Origin: Actinomycetota bacterium
GTDB lineage: Bacteria; Actinomycetota; Geothermincolia; Geothermincolales; RBG-13-55-18
NCBI GenBank assembly: GCA_015711955.1
Contig: JACVJK010000001.1
Coordinates: forward strand, 2,966 to 66,965
Direction of reading: 5' to 3'
DNA length: 64,000 bases
In this document: positions 43,696-55,408 of the stretch, piece after piece
Layout: every line of letters starts with the position of its first letter
Position numbering within the stretch: position 1 is the stretch's first letter
Translations under genes and position numbers: made by a program
Notes under the pieces: generated by a model
The model's input: only the letters and a program-made list of their open reading frames with translations
The model's database searches: none
Told to the model about the DNA's origin: nothing

Positions 43696-45276
43696 TCAGG
43701 CGTCCGGCTTTGCCTTCTTGTGCAGGAGACCGTATTCGATGGAATCCACCAGGGCTTGCCAGCTGGCCTCGATGATGTTCTCTGAGACCCCGATGGTGCC
43801 CCAGGTCTTCTCCCCATCGCCGCTTTCGATGAGCACGCGGGTCACCGCTGCGGTGGCCTTTTCCGGGTTCAGGATCAGCACCTTGTAGTCTTGAAGCTCG
43901 ATCTCCTCCAGCTCGGGATAAGCCCTGCCTATGGCCTGCCTCAAGGCGCGGTCCAAGGCGTTCACCGGGCCGTTTCCCTCCGCCGTCTCAATGATCCTCT
44001 TCCCCCGGCAGTGCACCTTGACCGTGGCCTCCGTCTCCACCTTGCCATCCTCCCGCTTCTCCATGATCACCCGGAAGCTCTCCAAGCGGAAGAATACTTG
44101 GTGCATGCCCAGCACCCTGCGCATGAGGAGTTCGAATGACCCATCGGCCGCCTCGAAATGATAACCCCGGTGCTCCAACTCCTTGACCAGCCTCAGGATC
44201 TCCTGCACCTTCTCCGGATTCTTGGAGAGGTCTCTTCCCAGCTCCCTCCCCTTCAGGATTATGGTGCTCTTCCCGGAAAGCTCCGAGACCTCGATGCGCT
44301 GCCGATTGCCCACCAGCTCCGGACGGATGTGCTCGTAGGTAGCCGGATCCTTGAGCACGGCGCTTATGTGCAGGCCACCCTTGTGGGCGAAGGCGTTGCG
44401 GCCCACGTAGGGCTGATGGTTATCGGGCTTGACGTTGGCTATCTCGCTCACGTAATGGGATAGCTCGGTGAGGCTGGCCAGGCTCTCCATGGTAACCGCA
44501 GGGATTCCCATCTTGAGCACCAGCGCCGGGATGATGGCCACCAAGTCGGCGTTTCCGCACCTTTCCCCGTAACCGTTGATGGTGCCATGCACCAGGGTGA
44601 CTCCCTCTTTGACCGCCAGGAGGCTGTTGGCCACCGCACAGCCGCTGTCGTTGTGGGCGTGGATGCCCAGTGGCACGGGTATCTCGTCCTTGACCTCGAC
44701 GATGATGCCGGCTACCTCCCAAGGAAGCGTTCCTCCGTTGGTGTCACACAGGCATACCCAATCCGCACCCGCCTCCACCGCTGCCCGGATGGTCTCGAGG
44801 GCGTAACGGGGATTGGACTTGTAGGCGTCGAAGAAATGTTCTGCGTCGTAAAACACCAGTCTGCCGTGCTTTTTCATGTACTCGACCGAGTCGGAGATCA
44901 TGAAGAGGTTCTCATCCAGCTGGGTCTGAAGTGCCCGTTTGACGTGCAAATCCCAAGTCTTGCCCACCAGACAGACGGCGGGCGTCTCCGCCCTGAGCAG
45001 CTCCTCCAACCCCTTATCCTTGTCCGCCCCTATCAGGGCTTTGCGAGTGGCGCCGAAGGCCACTGGGACCGCGTTCCTCAGCTCGATCTCCATCAAACGG
45101 CGGAAGAGCTCGGCGTCCTTGGGATTGGAGGCGGGATAACCACATTCCACGTAGTGGATACCAAATTCATCCAGACGATGGAGGATCTTCAACTTGTCCT
45201 CCACCGACAGGGAGAGGCCCTCCCTCTGGGCGCCATCGCGAAGGGTGGTGTCGTATAGTTTAACCTCCCTTTCCAT
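43696..45276 (-). CDS. cimA: LeuA-family synthase with C-terminal LeuA-dimer domain, probably (R)-citramalate synthase
   Basis: LYDTTLRDGAQREGLSLSVEDKLKI...HAHNDSGCAVANSL and a regulatory C-terminal domain. 526 aa (TIGR00977-like length). A separate bona fide leuA lies 4 kb away. Confidence 0.75.
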   Translation of the reverse strand: MEREVKLYDTTLRDGAQREGLSLSVEDKLKILHRLDEFGIHYVECGYPASNPKDAELFRRLMEIELRNAVPVAFGATRKALIGADKDKGLEELLRAETPAVCLVGKTWDLHVKRALQTQLDENLFMISDSVEYMKKHGRLVFYDAEHFFDAYKSNPRYALETIRAAVEAGADWVCLCDTNGGTLPWEVAGIIVEVKDEIPVPLGIHAHNDSGCAVANSLLAVKEGVTLVHGTINGYGERCGNADLVAIIPALVLKMGIPAVTMESLASLTELSHYVSEIANVKPDNHQPYVGRNAFAHKGGLHISAVLKDPATYEHIRPELVGNRQRIEVSELSGKSTIILKGRELGRDLSKNPEKVQEILRLVKELEHRGYHFEAADGSFELLMRRVLGMHQVFFRLESFRVIMEKREDGKVETEATVKVHCRGKRIIETAEGNGPVNALDRALRQAIGRAYPELEEIELQDYKVLILNPEKATAAVTRVLIESGDGEKTWGTIGVSENIIEASWQALVDSIEYGLLHKKAKPDA

Positions 45277-45334
45277 TCGTTTCCAGCTTCTCCTTTACCC
45301 GGGGCACCCCCGGCAATCCGGGAGCGCCAGGGTC

Positions 45335-46252
45335 TCATTCCACATATTCCAGCCAGTGTTCGTAGTCCTTTTCCAATCCCTTTACGATGCTGAAGAACTT
45401 CTCTTGGATCCTCCTGGTTATCGGGCCCGGCTCCCCGATGAACCTGTCATCCACCTCTCTAATGGGAACCACCTCGGCGGCGGTACCGGTGAAGAAGGCC
45501 TCGTCGGCCAGGTATAGGTCGGTCCTGAGCAGATCCCTCTCGAAACAGGGGATCCCGAGGTCCTCGGCAATCCGCATAACGGAATCTCTGGTAATCCCCT
45601 CCAGAGCCCCGGATGAGGTGGGCGGCGTGTACAGCTTCCCGTTTCGCACCACGAAGATGTTCTCCCCGGCGCCGTCGGCCACGTGACCTTGCATGTTCAG
45701 AAGGATGGCCTCGTCGTATCCTGCCTCCACCGCCTCCATCTTGGCCAATATGGAGTTGAGGTACTGCCCGCAGGCCTTGGCAGCGGTAGGGATGGCGTTC
45801 GAGTCGTTGCGCCGGAAGGAGGAGATCTTGGCCCTCACGCCGTGCTTTATGCCCTCCTCACCCAAATAGGCACCCCATGGCCACACCGCGATGGCCACGT
45901 TGACCGGCGCGCCCATGGGATTGAGCCCCATTTCCCCATAACCCCTAAAGGCTATGGGCCTTATGTAGCAGCTCTTGAGCCCATTGGCCTTTATGACCAA
46001 CTTCGTGGCCTCCACCAACACCTCCAAGCTGAAAGGGATCTCCATCTTATAAACCGAGGCGGAACGGAAGAGCCTCTCCAGATGGTCCACCAGACGGAAA
46101 ACCGCAGGCCCCCTTGGTGTCTCGTAAGCCCTCACCCCTTCGAACACCCCGGAGCCGTAATGCAGGGAATGGGTCAGCAGATGCACCTGGGCCTGGTCCC
46201 AATCCACCAGCCTTCCGTCCATCCAGATCTTGTCGACTTTCGGTATCGGCAT
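45335..46252 (-). CDS. ilvE: Branched-chain amino acid aminotransferase (class IV)
   Basis: [12 protein letters not shown]...[18 protein letters not shown]. 305 aa. Confidence 0.9.
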   Translation of the reverse strand: MPIPKVDKIWMDGRLVDWDQAQVHLLTHSLHYGSGVFEGVRAYETPRGPAVFRLVDHLERLFRSASVYKMEIPFSLEVLVEATKLVIKANGLKSCYIRPIAFRGYGEMGLNPMGAPVNVAIAVWPWGAYLGEEGIKHGVRAKISSFRRNDSNAIPTAAKACGQYLNSILAKMEAVEAGYDEAILLNMQGHVADGAGENIFVVRNGKLYTPPTSSGALEGITRDSVMRIAEDLGIPCFERDLLRTDLYLADEAFFTGTAAEVVPIREVDDRFIGEPGPITRRIQEKFFSIVKGLEKDYEHWLEYVE

Positions 46253-46342
46253 CTACGCTCCTTTCCTCATCCTTCCCGTCCCCTTAGAGGAAAAAACAGA
46301 ACTCGCTTTCAAAAGGGGCTTTGTCATCCTCCACTGGAAGCC

Positions 46343-47401
46343 TCATCCTTCCCGCACGTATTCTACAACACGGTCTCCCACCTCCGAGGTGGACATGCCC
46401 ATCTTCCCCGCCGACAGGGACTTTATGTCATGGGCGCAGACCTTCATCACCGCCCTCTCCACGCGCTCTGCGGCCTCCTCCAAGCCGAGATGGGAGAGCA
46501 TCATCTGAACCGCGCAGATGGCGGCAAGCGGGTTGATGACCCCTTTACCGGTGTATTTCGGCGCTGAGCCCCCGATGGGCTCGAACATAGAGGTGCCCTG
46601 GGGATTGATGTTTCCCCCCGCGGCGATACCCATGCCCCCTTGGATGATGGCCCCCAGGTCGGTGATGATATCGCCGAACATGTTGTCGGTCACCACCACG
46701 TCGAACCACTCGGGGTTTTTCACGAACCACATGCAGATGGCGTCCACGTGGGCGTAATCCGTCTCCACGTCCGGATATTCGTCGGCCACCTCGTAAAAAG
46801 TCCTTTCCCAGAGGTCCCAGGCGTAGGTCAACACGTTGGTCTTGCCGCAGAGGGTGAGTTTTTTCTTCTTGTTCCTCTTTCGGCAAAACTCGAACGCATA
46901 GCGAACACAGCGCTCGACTCCCATGCGGGTATTTACACTCTCCTGGATGGCCACCTCGTGAGGGGTTCCCTTGCGCAGGAAACCTCCACTCCCGGCGTAA
47001 AGCCCCTCGGTGTTCTCGCGTACCACCACGAAGTCGATGTCCTCGGGGCCCTTGTCCTTCAAGGGGCAGTCCACTCCCGGATACAGCCTCACCGGGCGCA
47101 GGTTTATGTACTGGTCCAGGCCGAAGCGGATCTTCAAGAGTATTCCCTGCTCCAGGATGCCAGGCCTCACGTCCGGATGCCCTATAGCACCCAAAAATAT
47201 GGCGTCATAGGAACGCAACTGTTCCAGTTCCTCATCGGTAAGGGTCAGTCCGGTGCGCAGGTAACGCTCACCGCCGAAGTCGAAGAAATCCGCCTGGTAA
47301 TCGAAACCGCAGACCTCCGCCGCGGCCTCCAGCACCTTCACGCCTTCCCGGACCACCTCAGGTCCCGTACCATCTCCCGGTATCACCGCTATCCTGTACA
47401 T
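46343..47401 (-). CDS. leuB: 3-isopropylmalate dehydrogenase
   Basis: [13 protein letters not shown]...NLRP...GSAPDIAG-like [11 protein letters not shown]. 352 aa. Confidence 0.9.
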   Translation of the reverse strand: MYRIAVIPGDGTGPEVVREGVKVLEAAAEVCGFDYQADFFDFGGERYLRTGLTLTDEELEQLRSYDAIFLGAIGHPDVRPGILEQGILLKIRFGLDQYINLRPVRLYPGVDCPLKDKGPEDIDFVVVRENTEGLYAGSGGFLRKGTPHEVAIQESVNTRMGVERCVRYAFEFCRKRNKKKKLTLCGKTNVLTYAWDLWERTFYEVADEYPDVETDYAHVDAICMWFVKNPEWFDVVVTDNMFGDIITDLGAIIQGGMGIAAGGNINPQGTSMFEPIGGSAPKYTGKGVINPLAAICAVQMMLSHLGLEEAAERVERAVMKVCAHDIKSLSAGKMGMSTSEVGDRVVEYVREG

Positions 47402-47447
47402 GCTACTCTCCCCAGTCTCGCCGTGACGGTCTGATCTCCAGCAACCT

Positions 47448-47975
47448 TCAGCGGGAAGCAGGCCCGCCCCTTTCCTCGAGCCTGCGCCTCACGTACTCCA
47501 CCAAGCCGCCCGATGCGATGATCTCCCTCACCGACTCGGGGAAGGGTGTGGCTTGGAATACCTTCCCGGTAGAGAGGTTCTCAATGGTGCCTTTAACCAA
47601 GTCCACCCTCAGCCTATGCCCGGTTTCAATGTCAGCCACCGCTTCCGGGCACTCCAGGATGGGGAGTCCCACGTTTATGGCGTTGCGGTAGAAGATGCGG
47701 GCGAAGGAGGAGGCAATCACGCAAGACACCCCACATCCCTTCAGGGCCAAGGGCGCATGTTCCCGGGAGGAGCCGGAACCGAAGTTCTCCTCCGCCACCA
47801 CCATATCCCCCGGCTGCACCCGGCTGGAGAATTCCGGATCCAAGTCCTCCAGGCAATGCTTCCCTAACTCTTCAGGATCATAGGACGTGAGATAGCGAGC
47901 CGGAATTATAACGTCAGTGTCCACGTTCGGTCCGTAGCGCCAGGCCTTTCCCTCTAAAATCATCCTGGCCTCCAT
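47448..47975 (-). CDS. leuD: 3-isopropylmalate dehydratase small subunit
   Basis: Aconitase-swivel small subunit: [40 protein letters not shown]. 175 aa. Stop/start overlap with leuC. Confidence 0.9.
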   Translation of the reverse strand: MEARMILEGKAWRYGPNVDTDVIIPARYLTSYDPEELGKHCLEDLDPEFSSRVQPGDMVVAEENFGSGSSREHAPLALKGCGVSCVIASSFARIFYRNAINVGLPILECPEAVADIETGHRLRVDLVKGTIENLSTGKVFQATPFPESVREIIASGGLVEYVRRRLEERGGPASR

Positions 47976-49261
47976 CAGAACACCTCCTCGGGATGGGCCA
48001 CCCTTCCTAGAACCGCCGAGGCGGCCGCCACCGCCGGACCGGAAAGGTAGACCTCACTGTCGCGATGACCCATCCTGCCCACGAAATTGCGGTTGGTGGT
48101 GGAGATGGCCCGTTCCCCCGCCGCCAGCACCCCCATGTGCCCCCCGAGGCATGGACCACAAGTGGGGGGGCTTATCACCGCGCCCGCCTCCACCAGGGCC
48201 TCCAACCATCCCCGGGAAGCCATCTCCCGGATGATTTCCTGGGTTCCCGGGAACACCAAAAGCCTCACCCGGGGATGGACCCTGCGGCCCCTGAGGATGC
48301 GGTAGGCCACCTCCATGTCCTCCAACCGGCCGTTGGTGCATGAACCGATGACCACTTGGTCCACCTCCACGTCCCGCACCTCGGAAACGGGGCGGACATT
48401 GGAGGGGAGATGGGGAAGCGCCACCTGGGGTTCCAGATCGCTCACGTCGAAATCGTACACCTTCTCGTACTCCGCATCGGGATCGCTCTTGAACTCTATG
48501 TACTCCCTATGTGCCCTGCTTTTGAGCCACTCTCGGGTCACCTCATCCACGTGGAATATGCCGTTCTTGGCGCCCGCCTCTATGGCCATGTTGGCCATGG
48601 TGAAGCGGCCATCCATGGACAAGTTTTCCACCACCGGACCGTGGAACTCCATGGCCCTGTAGAGGGCCCCGTCCACCCCGATCACGCCAATGGTATAAAG
48701 GATGAGGTCCTTCCCCCCCACCCAAGGACGTAGCCTTCCTCGATAAACGAACTTCATGGTGCGAGGGACCCGAAGCCAGATCTCCCCCAAGGCCATGGCC
48801 ATGGCCAGGTCGGTGGAGCCCACCCCGGTGGCGAAGGCCCCCAGAGCTCCATAGGTGCAAGTATGGGAATCGGCCCCCACCACCAGGTCGCCGGGGAGAA
48901 CCAACCCGAGATCGGGCACCAACACGTGCTCGATCCCCACCCTTCCCACCTCGTAGTAGTGGACAATTCCCTGTTCCTGAGCGAACCTCCTGACCAGTGC
49001 ACAGTTCTCGGCAGCGGCGATGTCCCTCGCCGGAGTGAAGTGGTCGGGAAGCAGGGCCACCCTCTCTGGGTCGAAAACCTTCTCCGCTCCCATATTCTTG
49101 AAGGCCTCTATGGCCAGGGGCGCGGTGACGTCGTTGGCGAGGGCCAGATCCACCTTGGCGGTGATCAGCTCGCCCGGCTCAACCCTCTGCAGCCCCGCGT
49201 GATGGGCCAGGATCTTCTCGGTGATGGTGCTTCCCATGTCGTCCTCCGAGCTATTCTTCAA
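47975..49261 (-). CDS. leuC: 3-isopropylmalate dehydratase large subunit (short archaeal-like type)
   Basis: Aconitase-family large subunit with the Fe-S ligand region (GSCTNGR, CGPCLG). 428 aa. Confidence 0.9.
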   Translation of the reverse strand: MKNSSEDDMGSTITEKILAHHAGLQRVEPGELITAKVDLALANDVTAPLAIEAFKNMGAEKVFDPERVALLPDHFTPARDIAAAENCALVRRFAQEQGIVHYYEVGRVGIEHVLVPDLGLVLPGDLVVGADSHTCTYGALGAFATGVGSTDLAMAMALGEIWLRVPRTMKFVYRGRLRPWVGGKDLILYTIGVIGVDGALYRAMEFHGPVVENLSMDGRFTMANMAIEAGAKNGIFHVDEVTREWLKSRAHREYIEFKSDPDAEYEKVYDFDVSDLEPQVALPHLPSNVRPVSEVRDVEVDQVVIGSCTNGRLEDMEVAYRILRGRRVHPRVRLLVFPGTQEIIREMASRGWLEALVEAGAVISPPTCGPCLGGHMGVLAAGERAISTTNRNFVGRMGHRDSEVYLSGPAVAAASAVLGRVAHPEEVF

Positions 49262-49359
49262 ACCGGTAAAGCGAACGGAGCCAAAGCGCCTTCATGCCCA
49301 TCTTAAATGCCCATGGGAAAAGGATCCGAAAAACGACGGGGTCTCATGGTTATCATCCC

Positions 49360-50925
49360 TCATCCTTTCTGGGCCTTCCCGCCCCTGGCCTTTTGGGCCA
49401 GTTTCTGCTTCTCCAGCAGTCCTTTCTGGATGCCGCGGTTGATGGCGTTCAGGTAGGCCCTTGCGCTGGCCTCGATGATGTCGGGGCTCACGCCCCTCCC
49501 CACCACCTCATGGCCCTCTATGTCCAGCTTGATGGTCACGTCCCCCATGGCGTCCAATCCCTTGGTGATGGCTTGAACCTGGTACGATACCAGCTTGGCC
49601 TTGACCTTGGTAGCTTTTTGTATGGCCTTGCACACGGCGTCCACCTGGCCGTCCCCGGTGGCAGTGGCCTCGTAGCTTTTTCCCTCTCTCGACAGCCTCA
49701 CCGCGGCGATGGGGATGGCACCCGTGCCGGAGCTGGATTGCATGTACTCCAACTGGAAGAGCTCTTCCATGGTCCTGATCTCGTCCAAGGCGATGGCCTC
49801 CAGATCCTTTACGGTTATCTCCTTCTTCTTGCTGGCCAACTCCTTGAACCGGATGAAGGCTCTCTCCAGTCCCTTGTCATCGAGATAGAACCCCATCTCC
49901 TCCAGCTTGGTCTTAAGGGCGTGGCGGCCGGAGTGCTTCCCAAGGTAGATCTCCGACTCCACCCTTCCGATGTCCTCCGGCCTCATGATCTCATAGGTCA
50001 TGCGATGCTTGAGGACGCCGTCTTGGTGGATTCCGGACTCGTGGGCGAAGGCGTTGTCGCCCACCACTGCTTTGTTGGGCGGCACGGGATAGCCAGTGAG
50101 CATGCTGACTAGACGCGAGGTCTGGTATATCTCCCGGGTGTTGACCCCGCACTCCAGGTCCATGTTGTCCCGGCGGGTGTTAAGGATCATCACGATCTCC
50201 TCCAGTGAGGCGTTGCCCGCTCTTTCCCCCAGCGCGTTGATGGTGCACTCCACCTGCGTCGCCCCCGCCTTACAAGCAGCGATGGAGTTGGCCACCGCAA
50301 GCCCGAGGTCATCGTGACAGTGTACGCTCACCACCACGTCCTCGATGCCCACCACGTTGTTCATGATTCCCCTTATGAGCTCGGCGAACTCGTCGGGAAG
50401 GGCATAACCCACCGTGTCAGGAACGTTGATGACGGTAGCCCCTGCCTTGATGGCCTCCGTGTAGACCCGGTAAAGGAACTCGGGATCGCTCCGGGTGGCG
50501 TCCATGGCGGAGAACTCCACGTTCTCCACGTATTTCTTGGCGTAGGCCACTGCATCCCTCACCATCTCCAGGATCTGCTCCGGTGTCTTCTTGAGCTGGT
50601 ATTTCATATGGTATTCCGAGGTGGAAAGGAAAGTGTGTATCACCGGCCTTTCGGCGTACATGACCGCTTCCCAGGCCCAATCGATGTCATTGCGCTCCGC
50701 CCGGGCGAGAGCGCATACCGCCGGTCCTTTCACCGCCTTTGCCACCGCCTTGACCGCTTCGAAATCTCCGGGGCTGGAAACCGGAAAACCGGCTTCTATC
50801 ACGTCCACCTGAAGACGGGCCAGCTGCTCCGCGATCTCCACCTTCTCCCTCACGTTGAGGCTTATCCCAGGAGCCTGTTCCCCGTCCCTCAAGGTGGTAT
50901 CGAAGATAAAAACCCTGCGCGCCAT
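49360..50925 (-). CDS. leuA: 2-isopropylmalate synthase
   Basis: VFIFDTTLRDGEQAPG...HCHDDLGLAVANSIAA plus a C-terminal LeuA-dimer regulatory domain. Start taken at the internal Met MARRVFIFDTTLRDGEQ. Confidence 0.9.
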   Translation of the reverse strand: MARRVFIFDTTLRDGEQAPGISLNVREKVEIAEQLARLQVDVIEAGFPVSSPGDFEAVKAVAKAVKGPAVCALARAERNDIDWAWEAVMYAERPVIHTFLSTSEYHMKYQLKKTPEQILEMVRDAVAYAKKYVENVEFSAMDATRSDPEFLYRVYTEAIKAGATVINVPDTVGYALPDEFAELIRGIMNNVVGIEDVVVSVHCHDDLGLAVANSIAACKAGATQVECTINALGERAGNASLEEIVMILNTRRDNMDLECGVNTREIYQTSRLVSMLTGYPVPPNKAVVGDNAFAHESGIHQDGVLKHRMTYEIMRPEDIGRVESEIYLGKHSGRHALKTKLEEMGFYLDDKGLERAFIRFKELASKKKEITVKDLEAIALDEIRTMEELFQLEYMQSSSGTGAIPIAAVRLSREGKSYEATATGDGQVDAVCKAIQKATKVKAKLVSYQVQAITKGLDAMGDVTIKLDIEGHEVVGRGVSPDIIEASARAYLNAINRGIQKGLLEKQKLAQKARGGKAQKG

Positions 50926-51004
50926 TTCCTTTCCTCCCATCCAGCTTGCTTCCGGAACCTCGTTCCGGAAAACCTGAGGATCCACGCCAGATCCAGGATA
51001 AAAC

Positions 51005-52615
51005 TTACCAGAGGATTATGAACTTGCCGTCCCTCACGTTGGGAATCCTGCGGATCTCGTCCATCACCTTGTCTGGGATGGGTTGATCCACGTTTATCCC
51101 CATGACCGCCTCTCCGCCGATCTTCTTCCTGCCCACCTGCATGTGGGCGATATTGATGTTGTGGTCCCCGAGGATGGTGCCGATCTTCCCGATCATCCCC
51201 GGTACGTCCACGTAACGGAAGAAGGCCATGTATTGGGACGGCGCGATGTCTATGTCGTATTCGTAGACGTGGACGAAACGCTCGCTGTTGGAAAGCCCTA
51301 CCAGAGTGCCTCCAACCGCCACCTGGTCGCCGTCCTTTCTTCCCCTGACCATGATCAGGTTCACGTAATCCCGGGAGCTCTCTGACCTGCTCTCCCTCAC
51401 CGAAAGGCCTCTCTCCTTGGCGAAGACGGGAGCGTTCACGTAGTTGACCGGCTCGAAGACGATCTTCTCGAAAAACCCTTTCAGCACAGCCATGGTGAGC
51501 ACGCCGGTCTCGTGGCCCGCCAGATGGCCCAGGTATTCCACCTCTATCTCATCCACGTGGCCTTCCACCAGATACGTGAGTAGCCTTCCCAGCTTCTCCG
51601 CCAGGGGCAAGAACTGCCGGACCGTCTCGTCCACTTCGGCCCGGACCTGTAGGTTCACCACGTTGGGAACGAACTCGCCCCTCAGGGCCGCTGCTACCTG
51701 TTCGGCGATCATGATGCCCGCCCGGTCTTGGGCCTCTTGGGTCGAGGCTCCCAGATGGGGAGTGGCGATCACCCGGGGGTGCCTTATGAGGTCCATCCGG
51801 GTGGGAGGCTCCTCCTCGAAGACGTCCAAGGCGGCCGACGCCACCTTCCCCGAGTCCAGGGCCTCCAACAAGGCCTCTTCGTCCACCACTCCGCCTCGGG
51901 CCACGTTGAGGATGCGCACGCCGTCCTTCATCTTTGAGAACTCTTCCCTTCCCAGCATATGGTAAGTGTCTTGGGTCTTCGGGAGATGCACGGTGATGAA
52001 ATCGGCCCGGGAGAGCAACTCATCCAAGGACTGGACCAGTTCCACCCCCAGCTTTTGAGCCCTCTCGGTGGAGATGTACGGGTCGTAGGCCAATACCTGC
52101 ATGCCGAAGGGGAGACACCTCTGGGCCACCAGTGAGCCTATCCTTCCCAGCCCGATGATTCCCATGACCTTGCGGTAGAGCTCCACTCCCTCGAACTTCT
52201 TCCGCTCCCACTTCCCCTCGCGCAACGAGTTGACCGCGTCCGGTATGTGCCGGCACATGGCCAACAGCAGGGCCATGGTGTGCTCCGCCGCGGAGATAAT
52301 ATTGCTCTGAGGGGCGTTGATGACCATTATCCCCTTCTTGGTGGCCGCCTCCACGTCGATGTTGTCCACTCCCACGCCGGCCCTTCCCACCACTTTCAGG
52401 CTCTTGGCCGCCTCGATTAGCTCGGCATCCACCTTGGTGCCGCTGCGGACGACCAGTGCGTCGTACTTGCCTATACAGGAAAGGAGTTCCTCCCTTCCCA
52501 TGTCCGGCCGATAGTCCACCTCGAACTCCCGGCTCAGTATCTCCACGCCCACCGGGGATATCTCCTCTTTGACCAGTACCTTGGCCACGGGCCGCACACC
52601 TCCCGCCATACACAC
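51005..52615 (-). CDS. serA: D-3-phosphoglycerate dehydrogenase with C-terminal ACT domain
   Basis: 2-hydroxyacid-dehydrogenase core ([15 protein letters not shown]), a substrate-binding domain, and ASB/ACT C-terminal domains. 536 aa. Confidence 0.9.
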   Translation of the reverse strand: MCMAGGVRPVAKVLVKEEISPVGVEILSREFEVDYRPDMGREELLSCIGKYDALVVRSGTKVDAELIEAAKSLKVVGRAGVGVDNIDVEAATKKGIMVINAPQSNIISAAEHTMALLLAMCRHIPDAVNSLREGKWERKKFEGVELYRKVMGIIGLGRIGSLVAQRCLPFGMQVLAYDPYISTERAQKLGVELVQSLDELLSRADFITVHLPKTQDTYHMLGREEFSKMKDGVRILNVARGGVVDEEALLEALDSGKVASAALDVFEEEPPTRMDLIRHPRVIATPHLGASTQEAQDRAGIMIAEQVAAALRGEFVPNVVNLQVRAEVDETVRQFLPLAEKLGRLLTYLVEGHVDEIEVEYLGHLAGHETGVLTMAVLKGFFEKIVFEPVNYVNAPVFAKERGLSVRESRSESSRDYVNLIMVRGRKDGDQVAVGGTLVGLSNSERFVHVYEYDIDIAPSQYMAFFRYVDVPGMIGKIGTILGDHNINIAHMQVGRKKIGGEAVMGINVDQPIPDKVMDEIRRIPNVRDGKFIILW

Positions 52616-52634
52616 TAAATGTTCCTGTCACGCC

Positions 52635-53804
52635 TCAGTTCTTTGCCCTTTCGGTCATCTCCAAATATCTCTCCTCGGCGGCAGCCAATCCCGCTCCCAA
52701 ACTTATGTCCATGCCCAGCTCCTTGAGGGAAAGCTCCAAAGCGGATAGGGCCACCACCAAATCGAAAAAGTTGTAATAGCCCACGTGTCCAATGCGGAAT
52801 ATCTTGCCCTTGAGTTGATCCTGGCCCCCTGCCAGGATCACGCCGTGACGGCGGTTCATGTGTCTTACCAGCTCCCTTCCGTCTAGACCGTCTGGCACCT
52901 TGACCGCCGTTACCGCGTAAGCGCCCGTTAGGTCCTTGGGGAAAAGTTCCAGCCCCAACGCCCTCACCGCCGCACGGCAGCATTCGGCCAGGATCCGGTG
53001 CCTTTCCCAGACGTTTTCCAGGCCCTCTTGCAAGATCATCTCCACCGCCACCGACATGGCTCTCACCAAGCTGATGGCGGGGGTGAAGGGCGTCTGGGGC
53101 TCCTTTTCCATGATCTTCTTTCTCGCCTTTCGAAAGTCGAAATAATAACGGGGAGAGGAAGACCTCTCCACCAATTCCCAAGCCTTGGGGCTCACCGCCA
53201 CCGCAGCCAAGCCTGGTGGGGTCATGAAGGCCTTCTGGGAACCTATCACCAGCACGTCAACGCCCCACTGGTCGGTGCGCATCTCCAGAGCACCTGCCCC
53301 ACTGATGGAGTCCACTATCAAGATGGCCTTGCTCTCCTTGACCACTTCCCCCACCGCCCGGACGTCGTTGACCACCCCGGTGGAGGTCTCGCTGTGGGTG
53401 AGGAAAACGCCTTTGATGTCCGGGTCCTTTCGCAGGTGATCGGCGATGACCTCGGGGTTTGCCCTCTCGTCCCACGGGTACTCGTAGGCGATCACCTCCA
53501 GTCCGTAAGCGGAACCGAGCTCGGCGAAGCGCTTGCCGAACTTGCCTCCCACCGCTACCATGACCCGGTCCCCAGGGCTGAAACAGTTGGCCACCGCCGC
53601 TTCCATGGCTCCCGTACCGGAGGCAGCGAAGACCAGCACGTCTTTTTCGGTGAGCAACACCTTTTTCAGGCCCTCTAAAAGCCGGACGAACTCCTCGGTG
53701 TAGGCCGGGGTACGGTGATGGATCATGGGTTCCGCCTCGGTAAGGGATACCTGGGGCGGAATGGGCGTCGGACCCGGCGTCATGAGATATTCCTTCCTCA
53801 ACAT
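52635..53804 (-). CDS. Class V aminotransferase (serine-pyruvate/alanine-glyoxylate type; probably the phosphoserine aminotransferase partner of serA)
   Basis: MTPGPTPIPPQV N-terminus and a PLP-lysine region (VIGSQKAFMTPPG). 389 aa. Directly follows serA. Confidence 0.8.
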   Translation of the reverse strand: MLRKEYLMTPGPTPIPPQVSLTEAEPMIHHRTPAYTEEFVRLLEGLKKVLLTEKDVLVFAASGTGAMEAAVANCFSPGDRVMVAVGGKFGKRFAELGSAYGLEVIAYEYPWDERANPEVIADHLRKDPDIKGVFLTHSETSTGVVNDVRAVGEVVKESKAILIVDSISGAGALEMRTDQWGVDVLVIGSQKAFMTPPGLAAVAVSPKAWELVERSSSPRYYFDFRKARKKIMEKEPQTPFTPAISLVRAMSVAVEMILQEGLENVWERHRILAECCRAAVRALGLELFPKDLTGAYAVTAVKVPDGLDGRELVRHMNRRHGVILAGGQDQLKGKIFRIGHVGYYNFFDLVVALSALELSLKELGMDISLGAGLAAAEERYLEMTERAKN

Positions 53805-53875
53805 ATCCCCCCTCCTCGTTCTCGCCCAATCGCTGGATCTGGCCGCCTTTTTCGTTCAAAGACGTGTGCCATATC

Positions 53876-54880
53876 TCATAAGGCCTCTCTGCCCTGTAGC
53901 CAACTCATCATGGAGCGCAGTTTCCTTCCCACTTCCTCGATGGGGTGCTTGGCCTCCAATCTGCGCAAGGCGCTGAAAACCGGTCTTCCCGCCTGGTTCT
54001 CCAGGATCCACTCCCGGGCGAACTCCCCGGTCTGGATCTCCTCGAGTATCCGCCGCATCTCCTCTCGCACCCGTGCGTCTATGATCCTCTTTCCCCTGGT
54101 CATGTCCCCATACTCGGCAGTGTCGCTGATGGAATCCCGCATGCGGGCGATTCCTCCCTCGTATATGAGATCCACTATGAGTTTGAGTTCATGAAGGCAT
54201 TCGAAATAGGCCACCTCGGGCTGGTATCCTGCCTCCACCAAGGTGTCGAAGCCCGCCTTGATCAGCTCGGTGACGCCGCCGCAGAGCACGCATTGCTCTC
54301 CGAACAGGTCGGTTTCCGTCTCCTCCTCGAAGGTGGTGAGGATGACCCCCGCCCTGGTGGCGCCCAGGCCTTTGGCGTAGGCCAGGCCCAACTGTAGCGC
54401 CTTCCCGGTATAGTCCTGATAGACGGCCACCAAAGAGGGGACGCCGCTTCCCTGCTGGTAGGTGCGCCTAACCATGTGGCCCGGCCCCTTCGGTGCCACC
54501 ATCACCACGTCCACGTTCTCGGGGGGTATCACCTGCCGATAATGGACATTGAAACCGTGGGCGAAGAAAAGGGCGTTTCCTTCCCTCAACCCTTCCTTCA
54601 CGCAATCTTCGTATACCGTCTTATGGTGCTGGTCTGGCACCAACATCATCACCAAGTCGGCTTCCCGTGCGGCATCCTTCATGTCCATGACCTTTAGGCC
54701 TGCCCGCTCCGCCTTCTCCCGGCTAGAGCTTCCCGGGCGCAAGCCCACTATGACCTCTACCCCGGAATCGTGTAGGTTCAGGGCATGGGCGTGTCCCTGA
54801 CTCCCAAACCCAAGCACTGCCACCTTCTTGTCCTTGAGCAAACCCAGATCGGCGTCGGCGTCGTAGAAGATCTCCGCCAT
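53876..54880 (-). CDS. ilvC: Ketol-acid reductoisomerase
   Basis: [19 protein letters not shown] Rossmann motif and the class I KARI knotted domain. 334 aa. Confidence 0.9.
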   Translation of the reverse strand: MAEIFYDADADLGLLKDKKVAVLGFGSQGHAHALNLHDSGVEVIVGLRPGSSSREKAERAGLKVMDMKDAAREADLVMMLVPDQHHKTVYEDCVKEGLREGNALFFAHGFNVHYRQVIPPENVDVVMVAPKGPGHMVRRTYQQGSGVPSLVAVYQDYTGKALQLGLAYAKGLGATRAGVILTTFEEETETDLFGEQCVLCGGVTELIKAGFDTLVEAGYQPEVAYFECLHELKLIVDLIYEGGIARMRDSISDTAEYGDMTRGKRIIDARVREEMRRILEEIQTGEFAREWILENQAGRPVFSALRRLEAKHPIEEVGRKLRSMMSWLQGREAL

Positions 54881-54904
54881 GGCTTCCTCCTTGCTCCCTC
54901 GCCC

Positions 54905-55408
54905 TCACTTACCCCTGGGAAGGGCCACCTTTCCCGTCCTCACCAGCTCCTTTATCCCGTATACCCTGACCAGATCCTCGAAGGCCTCCAGCTTGCGGGA
55001 CGAGCCGGTCACTTCCACGATGACGCTTTCTCGGGAGACATCCACGATGTTGCCGCGGAATATGTCCACGATCTCGATCACTTCCGACCTAGTCTCGGGG
55101 GTGACTTTTATCTTGACCAACACCAGCTCCCGGGAAACGGATTCCTCTGGATCCAAGTCCACGATCTCGATCACGTTGATCAGCTTGTGGAGTTGTTTGC
55201 GCACTTGCTCCAGGGACTTGCCCTCTACGTCCACCACTATGGTCATCCTTGAGATGTCCGGCCTCTCGGTAGTCCCCACTGCCAGACTGTCGATGTTGAA
55301 GCCACGGCGGGCGAAAAGCTCGGCCACCCGGGCCAACACCCCTGGCTTGTTCTCCACCAGCACGGAAAGGGTGTGTTTCATCTCGACCCCCTTTTTCATA
55401 GGAAGGGC
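54905..55408 (-). CDS. ilvN: Acetolactate synthase small (regulatory) subunit
   Basis: MKHTLSVLVENKPGVLARVAELFARRGFNIDSLAVG, ACT domain. Start set at MKHTL, overlapping the ilvB stop. The listed ORF extends to 55546. Confidence 0.85.
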   Translation of the reverse strand, partial: ALPMKKGVEMKHTLSVLVENKPGVLARVAELFARRGFNIDSLAVGTTERPDISRMTIVVDVEGKSLEQVRKQLHKLINVIEIVDLDPEESVSRELVLVKIKVTPETRSEVIEIVDIFRGNIVDVSRESVIVEVTGSSRKLEAFEDLVRVYGIKELVRTGKVALPRGK